Source: Hemiscyllium ocellatum (Eukaryota). Taken from it: a DNA stretch of 47,406 nucleotides. How positions within the stretch are numbered: the stretch's first letter is position 1; each line of letters begins with the position of its first letter. Under the pieces are notes generated by a model, which was given only the letters and a program-made list of their open reading frames with translations, searched no databases and was not told the origin of the DNA. This document shows positions 33,670-45,027 of this stretch, piece after piece. The stretch covers positions 579,074 to 626,479 of the forward strand of contig NW_026867467.1 in NCBI RefSeq assembly GCF_020745735.1. The letters run 5' to 3'. Position numbers and translations under genes: made by a program.

Positions 33670-33981
33670 GTACAGGTCCTCTCCCACCAACTCTTCTCCT
33701 AACTGTGAGCTCCAGTGAAGAAATCGCAAGCAGCAAGTTTGCAACTGTCGTTTGTTCAATCATCGATTTCCATCCGAAGGCAATCAACGTGACTTGGTTG
33801 AAAAATGGCCGACGCTTGGATTCTGGCTTCTTCACGTCTCCCGTGTGTGAGGCGAACGGGAACTTCTCGGTGACGAGTCGGCTGATGGTCCCTTATGGTG
33901 AATGGTACAACAGCGCAGTCTATACCTGCCAGGTCACTCACGAAGAGAACATTCAAAGTAAAAACATCACCGCACTCCAGG
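33670..33981 (+). CDS. IGHM: IgM constant exon CH2 (alternative in-frame acceptor at 33676)
   Basis: (G)[46 protein letters not shown]...[20 protein letters not shown]; donor G|GTAAGA at 33981/33982; phase 1-1. Confidence 0.95.
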
Positions 33982-34299
33982 GTAAGAGACACATACTGGG
34001 AGAGCTACAAATCACTCTGAACTCTGATGTGAATCAAACACACTAATTTATCAGGCGTGGTAAACAGCACGGTACAGCTTCTCATTTCCCAGCATGTCAC
34101 GTATCTCATTTCAGTTTGAATGTTACATTAGCATTGCTCATAATTCAACATTTTGGCAAGTCAGAAAAGCATGTTTCCTCTCTGTTGAAGGTAGATATAT
34201 AGACAGTGAGCTTTGTTAAATAGTTTGTTAAATAGTTTGTTGCCTGACCATGCTGGGAGAGGCATTCAGAGTGATGAATCCTTGCCTGGTAGTGGCTTC

Positions 34300-34730
34300 A
34301 AGGATAAGTTTGGGGGTGGAGGGGGGATATTGGAGAGATATCTAATTGAAACATAGAAAATACTGAGAGACTGAGGTCGAGTGAATGTAAATAGATGTTT
34401 TGACTGGTAGGCGAGACTAGGATCCAAGGGCACAGTCTCAGGGTCAAAGGGGCACTGTTTAGAACTGAGATGGGGAGGAATTTCTTCAGCCAGAGGGTGA
34501 TGAATCTGTGGAACTTGTTGCTGCAGAGGGCTGTGGAGACCAGGCCATTGTGTATATTCAAGCCAGAGATGGATCGGTTCTTGTTTAGTGTGGGGAGAAG
34601 ACCATAGAATGGCTTTAGCCCAAATGTCGATTTTCCTGCTCGTCGGATGCTGCCTGACCTGCTGTGCTTTTCCAGCATCATTCTGATCTAAACTCTGGAT
34701 TGGCCGAACAGCCTTATTCTGATCCTCTAT
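34300..34730 (+). mobile_element. CR1-type LINE 3' fragment with inserted PLE-derived repeat (~34610-34695)
   Basis: ctaattgaaacatagaaaatactg...gaatttcttcagccagagggtgatgaatctgtgg; followed by ggatgctgcctgacctgctgtgcttttccagca. Confidence 0.75.
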
Positions 34731-35959
34731 CTTATGATGTTGTGGTCTCAAAATGACGTGGTTAAAATATGCAGTGACCCTAACTTGAAAATAAATCAAA
34801 ATGCGTTCAATGCTTCACTCCCTGCTCAGGAATGACCTGTTGGCCTTGGACATTGTACGACATCGATTTTTATCTGGTACTGAGTTCTTTAATTTCATTT
34901 ATGGGATCAGACCACAGACCAAGTGGGTATCACATTTGATGAACTGGGATAAACGTGATCTCACTGAGCCTCTTTAAGATGCTCTCTGTAATTAGTGGAT
35001 GAGGCAGGAGAATAAATTCTGGTAAGAATGCTACAATAGGGATGAATGAACGAGGAACTCGAGACAGGCTGATTTAGCCTGGTTTGGGGTGGCGATGTTT
35101 ACACAGTGGGTAGTGGATGTCTATAAAATATGTGTACATTTCCATCACGTTTGTAGATTAATTTAAGACGCTTTTGTTTTTTTTTTTCTCCCCTGCTCTA
35201 TGAAGAAATTAAAAAATGCAGCTTGGTAAATAAAGTGAAAGTACAGACCAGTCATGAACTAACTGAATGGAGGGAAAGACTTAAGGAGATGGGTGTCCTT
35301 CTCGATATCCAATGCTGTACTCAGTGCTTTGTTTTCAGATCTACTCCAAACTCAGCCCACGAGGAACAATGACATAAATTAGAGAATGACATCACACCAA
35401 TAACGCAAAGTATTTTTGATCACGTTAAATATAATGAACAGAATTTCCATGGATATTCACTGCTCCTGTAGCACTTTAGAACTCTGCAAAGAGAATAATT
35501 ATTATTTCTTATAATTTGTCCAAAATTTGGGATATGATTTGGCAGTCAGCGTGACCAGCAGCACTTGCACCTAAGGGTTATGAACATGGAAATGAACTCA
35601 TTATATTCAGATTACTCTTGTCACAAGTATCAATAGATGGTCTTAAGTGAGAGACAAACTCTGAAAGAAAGGTAATTCCATGGGTTACATCATGGTATCT
35701 TCGATGATTTTACTTTTTTCACAGCTTTCACTTGTTACAAAGCCAGTGTTCTTTTGGAATAATTACACAGGGTATGTCACAGGTAATCACAAATGCTTTC
35801 ACAAATCAAAATACATCGACAAGAGTAAGCATTGTTTCAGCAATGGTTGGAGTTGCCATTTTGAAGGTGGTGTCTTCACCCTGTGAAGAAGTAATCTGAA
35901 GATTAGGTGTTTGTATCATAAAGGGGCATTTTTCATTGACTTTGATTTTTGTTTCATAG

Positions 35960-36268
35960 AAGATACCGAGTGCCACCCTCACACCGTTAAAATCCTCCCA
36001 CCGCCAATCGAACAAGTCTTACTGGAAGCGACGGTGACGTTAACCTGCGTTGTGTCCAATTTTCTTCCTGGAGTCAGCGTGACCTGGAAACAAGATAAGA
36101 AGCCTCTGAGCTCAGAGATTGCTGACCAGCCTGGACAGAATCCCGACAGCGTGATCAGCAAATTAGACATTTCTACTGAAGCCTGGCTGAGTGGTGTTAC
36201 TTTTGAATGTGTGGTGAACCATCAAAATCTACCGACTCCGCTGAGAGACTCCATCCACAAGGAGAAAG
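35960..36268 (+). CDS. IGHM: IgM constant exon CH3
   Basis: Acceptor tttcatAG|AA, donor G|GTGAGC; 309 nt; [33 protein letters not shown]...TWKQ...[22 protein letters not shown]. Confidence 0.95.
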
Positions 36269-36715
36269 GTGAGCGGTGAGATTAAAACACAAAGCATCCC
36301 ATGTGTAATCCAGATCCAGTTACATCAATGGCAGGCTTTGATTGGGAATGAACAAACACCGTTGGGAGCATTTATGATGCATCTGAAGGCAGGATAACTA
36401 AGTAGCTGATTAAGAAAAAGATGGACCAAAGGATATTGTATTCTGATTAAATCAGATAAGGTGGGAAGAAGCCTGGGTTGTGATGTCACCATCAGCAATG
36501 ACAGTTGGACAGAATGCCCTTGTTGTGGGCTGGAAACATGGAGGCAACTTTCACATTAAACTTTACTTTTTTTACTGAACAGAATGTGTACTCTTTTAGA
36601 AAACAAAAGTGAATAAATCCCAAATTAAAAATGGCGTATTTTAATATTGAGTCAAATTGTGATATTGGTTCAGGATGTTTTTGATTGATTTATATTTGTC
36701 TCAAATATTCTGCAG

Positions 36716-37107
36716 TGATTAATCCGCTGGAGCCATCAGTGTCGGTCCTCCTCCCACCAACAGAAGAAATCTCCGCACAGAGGTTTCTCTCCCTCACCTG
36801 TTTAGTGAGAGGTTTCTCCCCCCGAGAGATCTTCGTCAAGTGGACAAACAATGACAAGCCGGTGAATCCCAGTAACTACAAGAACACCGAGGTGATGGCA
36901 GAGAGTGACAACACTTCCTTCTTCATCTACAGCCTGTTATCCATTACAGCGGAGGAGTGGGCCAGCGGTGCTTCTTACTCCTGTGTGGTGGGACATGAAG
37001 CGATTCCATTGAAGATCATCAACAGAACAGTCGATAAATCCAGCGGTAAACCGAGTTTCGTAAACATTTCACTTGCACTGATGGACACTGTTAATTCATG
37101 TCAATAA
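36716..37107 (+). CDS. IGHM: IgM constant exon CH4 plus secretory tailpiece (membrane-form donor at 37045/37046)
   Basis: Acceptor ctgcAG|TG; [43 protein letters not shown]...[23 protein letters not shown]|[20 protein letters not shown]; tail has the N-I-S sequon and penultimate Cys; internal donor G|GTAAAC. Confidence 0.97.
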
Positions 37108-37149
37108 AAATCTCAAAGTTGCATTTAATAATTCAACAGAAGTAATAAA
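37103..37149 (+). terminator. Secretory-form polyadenylation signals (AATAAA 37103-37108 overlapping the stop; AATAAA 37144-37149)
   Basis: Two canonical hexamers directly after the tailpiece, followed by T/GT-rich sequence. Confidence 0.75.
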
Positions 37150-38074
37150 GTTTCTTTTTCCTCCAGTTGTGAGTTAAATACTGAATGAGTTGTTTCTCAC
37201 TCTGACTTACATTCCATCTCTGTAGTTAAAGTGGGTTATTAACAGGTCTAGGACAAGTGTCTTGTGCAGTTAATGTTCTCTGCTCAGATACACCCTGGGT
37301 CAGAGACAGAGTAAAGCTCACTCATTGCAGGATTCCGCCAAGTACCTTATCCATCCTAAATCCCTCTGTGACAAAATCTGACAATGTCCCTTTTATGTCC
37401 AGGGTAGAGCACGAGTTTTGAACTTGGTGTTCTTGATTCCCCTGATTGGACATTCTTATAAAATTCATGGCAGTTTTAAACTGCCACATTGCACCAATTG
37501 GAAATGTAAATTTAAGACACTTTAAAATTAAATTTGATTGGAACATACCAATCGTAAAGAGTGCAGAACAGTTTGAATGTAACCGTTGTTTCTGGGGAAC
37601 TGCCAGGGATCTTGCACCAGTGCATGAGTTGACAGAATGTAGCTTCACTTTCACACCAAAGAGAATCGACAGATAAGTTGTCGTGGAGCAGAGGGGAGGG
37701 GAACGATGAATGGTCTGTCCTCTTGCTCCCTGTGCAGAGTTTTCATGGTAGGTGTCCTCTGTAATGTAACCCTGTTACTAACAGGAACAGTCAGCTTCTT
37801 GCTTACTGTCCAAAGATTTAACATTTCCATGCAAAATAATACCTTTGAAACATGTTGGACATGCTTGGGCTCTGTTAACAAATGATTAACATTGATTCCC
37901 CTAATCCAAAACTGGTGTTTGCATTGTCCCGGTTTGAATTCTGTAGTTTTGTCTCAGTTTTCTGGAGCACATGGGATCAATTCTGGTATTCGAATACCTG
38001 ATATCATTTTGTTTCACATACAGAACACAAGTAGACATTTTCTAATAAACATATTCAGAAATGTTATCTCTGGG

Positions 38075-38135
38075 GCAGTGGGGATTTGAACTCACGCCTT
38101 TTCTCTCAGAGACAGAAATTCTATCACTGCAACAG
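38075..38135 (-). mobile_element. Old tRNA-derived SINE head fragment
   Basis: Reverse strand ...gcagtgatagaa...gagttcaaatccc (A-box/B-box-like). Confidence 0.4.
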
Positions 38136-38299
38136 AAGAGTTGCTCATAAAACGTTTATCTCTTCACGACGATGGGAAATGTTTCCTACAACACCAAGGT
38201 CAAATCTAATTATAGGCAATCCATTAAAATTAGAACAATAAATTAGAATAATAAAAATTGCAGTCTGGTATAAGAACAGATACAGAGAGATGATCGCAA

Positions 38300-39400
38300 A
38301 TACACACGGAATGACACATATATGGGCTCTCACCTAAAGACACATATTGATGTGCACACTCAAATGTGCATACAGATAAGATGTCACACATGCATACTCG
38401 CACAGAGCCACACATGCAAGTGGTACTTGAACACTCACCTAAGCTCATACAAAAACTCACATACACCAAAAGAAAATTATTTGAACAAATGATCAGGGTA
38501 CTCACACATAACCATGAGAAATATAGACACACGGTAACACACAAATGGGCATGAATACATATACATTCATACAGCAGAATGCGTACAGACATACACGCAT
38601 GAACACACAGATACAAATTCCAAAAAATGTCCTTCCACATGTCAACTCATACAGGCACGTAAGTGCACAGAGATAAACATTAATATAATTATTTTCCCAT
38701 TTTCAGAATCACAAACATACGATGACAGAGGCAGCTTAATTAGTTATTTTTAAACCACATTGATCAGCATGTATACAATGTCACACGTACACACAAATTC
38801 CGAGTCTCACATGCAGACACACAAGTGCATAGATCAATAAATAGAGGGGCGTTTATTAAATAAGGATAATGAGCACAAGCATCAGCAAGCATCCACACAC
38901 AGTAACACAAACAAGCTTCTCAGGAGATGGTTTGGGAAAGATTGCCACACAAGCAGACATCATCATATAAATATAAACATCCACCAAAACATAACATTGC
39001 ATGCTAACATTTATTAAGCATAACATGAAAATAACCTAGTTTAGGTAGGACCTGAAACAGACACATAAGCACACATTTTAGATAGCACTAATGAAAAGTG
39101 AACACTCACAAAGACATTACAAGATAAGCATAGGCAGCAATGAAGTGGCATATTAGCATAATGATGCTTACACAATGTGAAAAGACCAAAATGTACGTAC
39201 ACAAACACATGAGAACACTAGCAGTAAAGGAACAGGAATATGTTTATTCATGCACAGACTCCAACATGGGCAAGAGTGAAGTAAGAGGCACTCATAACCA
39301 CATACACAAACATTAAGGGGAAACCAAACACACCAAGCAGTAGGTCAAATAAATTAAGGGACACGTGAACAAAAACTTATTCCTAAATATACAGATCCTA
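38300..39400 (+). repeat. CA-rich low-complexity tract in the CH4-TM1 intron
   Basis: Dense acacac/catacac/cacacaa motifs over ~1 kb with strong A/C strand bias. Confidence 0.75.
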
Positions 39401-39871
39401 CAAACAAAAATATGAAGCAATGTCCTGACTGTGATGTCACTTATATTCACGATTTGCCAAGCAATTGGTCACCAATACATAAAGGTGAGAATCACATTTG
39501 AACTTTTACTCAGTGATGGCCACAATTTTCAACTAAAGTGCTGTCACAGCCTATATTTAAAATATAATGATATAATTAAAATAATCATTCGTAATAAGCA
39601 TTCCTCAAATAATAATATCCTTAAATAATAGGTTAAAAAAAATTAAAACATTCTGACATGGACAATGAAGAAAGAACATGTGCAGTCAGTATTTGTAATT
39701 TCTTGCTGAGAGTCAATAATGCACTGATGGATACAGATAAGAGTCACACTTGAGAAATACCTGAATGCTTTATGAAGATGTAATGGTCTCTAATTACATG
39801 ACTTGGATACACATAGATCGATCTGGATCAATAAACGATCTAAATGCGTTCTCTCGGCTTTATATTCATAG

Positions 39872-39999
39872 ATTCAATAGATCGCACTTGGATTGAAGAC
39901 TATGAGGATGATAACAGCAACATCTGGACAACTGCTTCCACGTTCATCACCTTGTTCTTCCTGAGTATTTTCTACAGCGCTGCCGTCACTCTGGTGAAG
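39872..39999 (+). CDS. IGHM: IgM membrane exon TM1
   Basis: Acceptor ttcatAG|AT; DSIDRTWIEDYEDDNSNIWTTASTFITLFFLSIFYSAAVTLVK with the conserved antigen-receptor TM motif; donor AAG|GTGAGA. Confidence 0.95.
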
Positions 40000-40138
40000 G
40001 TGAGAATAATCACATCTTTCTCATGCCAAACAGCCCAATATGTTTTGTGAAATCTCTAAGTGTGCCATTGAATAAACATTAAATCTGAAAGTCCCTGATC
40101 ATAAATATCTGTGTCATTGCTTTATCTCTCTTTTCCAG

Positions 40139-40147
40139 GTTAAGTGA
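40139..40147 (+). CDS. IGHM: IgM membrane exon TM2 (VK-stop; KVK cytoplasmic tail)
   Basis: Polypyrimidine tract tctctcttttccAG|GTT AAG TGA. Confidence 0.9.
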   Translation, partial: VK

Positions 40148-40575
40148 ATGAGTTGTGGACCCCTTTGATGTTCCTGATCTGCTTATCAAGGTCTCTGAAT
40201 TCCCAATCTACAATCTGTCCTGTTGCTGACTCTCACAGTGAGATCACTTCAGTTTATCAGTGTGTAACTGAGACAATAATTGATGGATTTTCGTTTTTAC
40301 TTTATATCTTTGAAATGGTTGTGGTTGGAAGAATTTGTAGCTTCCCTGTTGTTTGAAGCCCATTTGTTTTGTTTTTATTTGTTCCTTACTCAGAATGGTT
40401 GCCTACCCTTTCTGATGAGCCTTTGTATTCCCTTTCTTGTGACTGTTACTGATGTACAGAAAATTCCCACCTCACAGCGCATGTGTTCTCATCTCAATGT
40501 GGCACCCAACCATTATATTCACTTCTGTTAGCTTTTACATCAACTTTTTGGATAAAAATGCTTTCTGAAATGGTT

Positions 40576-40581
40576 AATAAA
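40576..40581 (+). terminator. Candidate membrane-form polyadenylation signal
   Basis: First AATAAA after the TM2 stop (~430 nt downstream). Confidence 0.55.
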
Positions 40582-40744
40582 TCTCGAATGAATATGCACT
40601 AACCTTGAGTTTGCTTAATTCTTTCTTCAAGGCCAGTCAGTAATCAAACATTTTCCCACATCCTACTCCTTTCCCAGCCAAATACTTTCACTTGTTCTGT
40701 TTGGTTGTGTTTCATCCAGTCATTTAGTTTAATGTTGCGCTGCC

Positions 40745-40910
40745 ATGCCGCCCACTAATGTAAATGCATCTTTCACACGATATGCCTGATGGAACACTCC
40801 AGAGGCAGAATGATTAGAGAACATTTCCTCTTATGCACCAAAGGTCACGGCCTCGGGTCACGTAATGATACAAATGAGGAGCTTTGCTCCACCAGAAGCC
40901 TATAAAAGGC
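40745..40910 (+). promoter_or_regulatory. Promoter-like motif cluster with TATAAAAG downstream of the IgM cluster
   Basis: CCGCCC 40748-40753, ATGTAAAT 40758-40765, AGGTCA-7-GGGTCA 40842-40860, TCACGTAA, TATAAAAG 40901-40908; no downstream gene identified. Confidence 0.35.
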
Positions 40911-41187
40911 AGGCAAAGGAGTTTGAAAGTTTACTCTACACCGTCTAAACTACATGTACTCCCAATGTCCGGACAGCCTGGGTTAGTAATGCATAAATCG
41001 CCACCTAAAGCGCCCAACGAAGCATTGATCAGCCAAAAATGTCAACGTTCAGTCAGGTAGTCAGACACAACACGTGCACAATCCAAGGGCGGATTCTCAG
41101 AACTGGAGTTTTTCCTCACACATAAATCTCATGGAGCACTATTCCTGGGATCTATTTGACACACCACACCTGTCAAATCCCAGGGAA

Positions 41188-41845
41188 TGAGACTGGAATC
41201 TATCTGATACAGGGATATTACTGAACAGCAACCCTCAAAAATAATAAATCAGAGGTCGATGTTGATCAGGCAAGTCAGAGCTCATGAGTCCCTGAAATAT
41301 TCAGCCATTGGGATCTATATGATGCAAGATGGAGTTGGGAACCAATCATAGCAACTGTTCACAGAGTCTGGAAACTATCAACAGAGGAGAACATTCTCAA
41401 TTTCTCAGAGTTGATGAGGTGCATCATCCCGGGAATAGTGTTGTGAATCAGTCACGCACCCAATCTCATAATTTTGCCTTTTGTCAAAAACGTGGCCCCT
41501 GAAACTAGATGCAACATTCCAGGTGAGACAAGAGACTGTTTGATTTCAGTTTAACATAATTGCTTTGTGTTTGTTCTCTACGGTGTTATTGATGAAGTAG
41601 GGTTTAGTTGCTCTTCTGTCCATGTATCATGGTACATTCCCTGATTTGTGCACATACACATGGAGGATCCTCTGCTCCTTCACCCCCTTTGGGTTTACCC
41701 CCTTACTATTGTATGTTCCTCTGAGTTCATCACAAAACAAAGAAGCACGTCACCCCTCCCTGAGACGGAGATCTATCTGACACACCGATATTAATGAATA
41801 ACAATCCTCAAAAATGATAAATCACAGGTTGATTTCGATCAGAGA
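41188..41845 (+). repeat. Dispersed direct repeat of ~85 bp (41188-41270 and 41761-41843)
   Basis: tgagactggaatctatctgatacagggatatt...ctcaaaaataataaatca.. vs tgagacggagatctatctgacacaccgatatt...ctcaaaaatgataaatca.. Confidence 0.75.
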
Positions 41846-42379
41846 AGACAAAGATCAGAAGTTCTGGAAACCCTGCTGCTTTCCATGTCCTTTCCCACAA
41901 CCCCTATGTCAAACTTGATGCTCTTAGCTGTTCTTCCAATATCCTAACATTTTACCTTAAATTGCTGTTAATATTTTTCTGTAATTTTGCATGATGGACC
42001 AAAGCACAGGTTGAAACAACAAGGACTCCAAACACTGAACTCTGAGAACGTACACAGTAAGGCAGCCTACATTCTGTAACAGCAAACACCCGTTAACAAA
42101 TGGTTGGCAAGTACAAAACAGCGGGTGAGACTAACTTGAACTCATCAAAATAAAAGGAAAGTACTCTGGAGGTACAGCGGTGTAGGCAAGAGCTGGGCAG
42201 ACAGAGTGGAGTTCGTTTTTTAAAATTCTTGTTTATATCCAGAATTTTCTTTCCACACAATGTAACCTTTTATTTCCCATCACCCAAGTCCCCCACAGTC
42301 TCTTTATTTTCTGCTACTAACCATCACCAGTAAATTGAATAATTTATGTTCAAAGCCCCTCCCACCATCAAAGATACGG

Positions 42380-43290
42380 CAGAAGTAGGAAGAGCTAGAA
42401 GGAGATTGGAGTCATTTTTTCTTGTGGTGATACATTACTGCTGTTCTAACACAAGGTATTTCTGAGGGATGGTCCAGTGAAGCTATGTGGATGGAACTCA
42501 TAAATAAGAAGGGCATGGTTACTTTGATGCAATTGTAATAGTTCCCCCAGTAGTCAGAGTGAAATTGAGTAATGAATATGTGGAGAGATCTTATTTATAT
42601 GTAAGAATAATAGGATTGCAATAATCGCAAATTTTAACCTTCCAAACATAAAGTGGGACAGTCATGATCTTAAGAGCTTGGATGGTGAGGAATTTGGTAA
42701 GTGCTAAAGTCAATTTTCTTCATTAATATACAGATGTAACTCTCATAGAAAGAGCAAACCTGACCTACTCTTGTGATATAAGGCAGGACAAGTGACTGAA
42801 TGGTTAGTAGGGGAGCTTTTTGGGGCCCGGGTCATATTTCGATTAGTTTAAAATATCTATGGAAGGGATTGGCATTATATATAAGTTAAAGTTCTTAATT
42901 GAACTAGGGCAAATTTTGATGGTATAAGACAAAAACTTTCAAGAGTTGATTGGAGTAGACTGTTTGCAGCTCAAGGGACGGCCGGCAAGAGTGAAGCTTT
43001 CAGAAGTGAGATAACGAGAGTTCGGAGGTATGATGTTCCTGTTAGTGTGAAGATAAGGCTGGTAAGAGGAGGGAACACTGGAGGAATAAAGATATTGAGG
43101 CTCTGGTTCAGATTAAGAAGGAATCATATATTAGATATTCAGTGAGATTCAGTGAATCTCGAAGAGTAAAAGAGGGGCAGGGACATTCTAAAGAGGGAAA
43201 TGAGGAGGGCAAGAAAGGAAAATGAGATAGCCTTGGCAGATAATGTTCAAGATAATCCAAAGAGATTCGACTAGTACATTAAGAGCAAAG
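42380..43290 (+). mobile_element. CR1-type LINE endonuclease-region fragments
   Basis: Degenerate EN motifs (..AIIANFNLPNIKWDSH.., ..A.GQVTE.LVGE.F..), homologous to 1900-2700. Confidence 0.65.
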
Positions 43291-43298
43291 GGGTAGAT

Positions 43299-43760
43299 CA
43301 CAGAGTCATAGAGATGTACAACTTGGAAACAGATCTTTCAGTCTCACTTGCCCATGCTGACCAGATATCCTAAACTAATCTAGTCCCATTTGCCAGTACT
43401 TGGCCCATATCTCTCTAAACCCTTCCTATTCTTATACACACTCAGATGCCTTTTAAATGTTGAAATTGCACCAGCCTCCACCACTTCCTCTGGCAGTTCA
43501 TTCCATACACACCACCCTCTGCATGAAAAAGTTACTCCTTAGGTACTTTCAACTTTTTCCCCTCTCACTCTAAACCTAGACTCACGAGTGTAGGTTTAGA
43601 TGAGACTCCACCCATCTCAGGGAAAAAACCTTGCCTATTCACTGTATCCATGCCTCTGATGATTTTATAAGCCTTTATAAAGTCACCCCTCAGATTCCAA
43701 CGCTCCAGAGAAATCAACCCCAGCCTATTCAGCCTCTCCCTATATAACTCTACATAGCTG
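43299..43760 (-). mobile_element. CR1-type LINE 3' end
   Basis: Tail cacagagtcatagagatgtaca...; reverse-strand RLNRLGLISLER. Confidence 0.8.
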
Positions 43761-44340
43761 TGAATATGTATAAGCCTAGAGGATTGGCTTCATAAATCAT
43801 GTTGCATTTAATATAAATGTTGTTTTTTTAAATTATCATTTAGTTTAAAATGGAGGATGGGTGCCTTTTCAATTTATGGTGTGTATGGAAAGACCTGGAA
43901 AATAAACTACAACAAAAAAATGGACAAAAAGTTATTGTACTACAGATAGTGCACCATATCATTCGTGTAAAAAATAATTCCCTGTTTTGACCGTGAAGTT
44001 AATAGAGTCTATTAATTAGTCCTGTGTTTGTAATAATTTTCATCTATCTGTCATTCTACATTTAGTTGTTGTAGTTAATGTGTGGATTACTGCACCTCTC
44101 TAAAAATTCAAAACAAAATAAAGTAAAACTGCAAATTAAATATTGCATCTAATTACGACAAAAAAAAATAGCAATACAATGACATGAAATTGGAAAGGAA
44201 TGTTGAAATGTAGCCAATTCTGAGGATTACAAGAGGTTGCAAGAGATCATTAATTAATTTACGGTATGTTCAAATAATTAGCAAATGAAGATCCACACAG
44301 ATAAAGGTAAGGTATTACATCTTGGTAGGAATAATGTGCA

Positions 44341-45027
44341 AGGCGAAAGTGAGGTCTGCAGATGCTGGAGTATCAGAGCTGAAAATGTGTTGCTGGAAAA
44401 GCGCAGCAGGTCAGGCAGCACCAAGGAACAGGAAATTCGACGTTTCGGGCATAAGCCCTTCATCAGGAATGAGGAAAGTGTGTCCAGCAGGCTAAGATAA
44501 AAGGTAGGGAGGAGGGACTTGGGGGAGGGGTGATGGAGATGTGATAGGTGGAAGGATGTCAAGGTGAGGGTGATAGGCCGGAGTGGGGTGGGGGCGGAGA
44601 GGTTAGGAAGAAGATTGCAGGTTAGGAAGGGGGTGCTGAGTTCGAGGGATTCGACTGAGACAAAGTGGGGGGAGGGGAAATGAGGAAACTGGAGAAATCT
44701 GAGTTCATCCCTTGTGGTTGGAGGGTTCCCAGGCGGAAAATGAGGTGCTCTTCCTCCAACCGTCGTGTTGTTATGGTCTGGCGATGGAGGAGTCCAAGGA
44801 CCTGCATGTCCTTGGTGGAGTGGGAGGGGGAGTTAAAGTGTTGAGCCACGGGGTGGTTGGGTTGGTTGGTCCGGTGTCCCAGAGGTGTTCTCTGAAATGT
44901 TCCGCAAGTAGGTGGCCCGTCTCCCCAATATAGAGGAGGCCACATCGGGTGCAGCGGATGCAATAGATGATGTGTGTGGAGGTGCAGGTGAATTTGTGGT
45001 GGATATGGAAGGATCCCTTGGGGCCTT
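44341..45027 (-). mobile_element. 5'-truncated Penelope-like element (GIY-YIG end plus terminal repeat) with 13-bp TSD
   Basis: Minus ORF 44771-45046 HKFTCTSTHIIYCIRCTRCGLLYIGETGHLLAEHFREH (GIY-YIG); TSD ggaataatgtgca at 44328-44340 and 45028-45040. Confidence 0.92.
44435..44470 (-). ncRNA. Minimal type I hammerhead ribozyme motif in the PLE terminal repeat
   Basis: Minus strand AUUC-CUGAUGA-A-GGGC-UUAU-GCCC-GAAAC-GUC-GAAU: intact core, 4-bp helix I, 4-bp helix II, loopless palindromic helix III (ACGU), GUC cleavage triplet. Confidence 0.8.

Noticed and set aside
33756-36170. Minus-strand ORFs at 33756-33992 and 35979-36170
   Set aside because: Antisense shadows of the CH2 and CH3 exons.
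38230-38640. 136-aa Cys/Val-rich minus-strand ORF
   Set aside because: Translation artefact of the CA-rich low-complexity tract.
39781-39840. Similarity of the TM1-upstream intron (aatggtctctaattacatga...atcaataaac) to the inner end of the inverted-repeat arm (16351-16425)
   Set aside because: Only ~20 bp of AT-rich match with inconsistent spacing; likely chance.
19383-40147. IgNAR, IgW or IgM1gj identity
   Set aside because: The V has a full FR2/CDR2 (WVRQ...GLEWL), there are four C domains including CH2, the tailpiece and TM are mu-type, and an RSS pair is still present.
14072-40240. Isolated heptamers CACAGTG/TACTGTG at 14072, 16055, 22363, 40234 as extra D/J segments
   Set aside because: No nonamer at 12 or 22/23 spacing and no adjacent D or J coding sequence.
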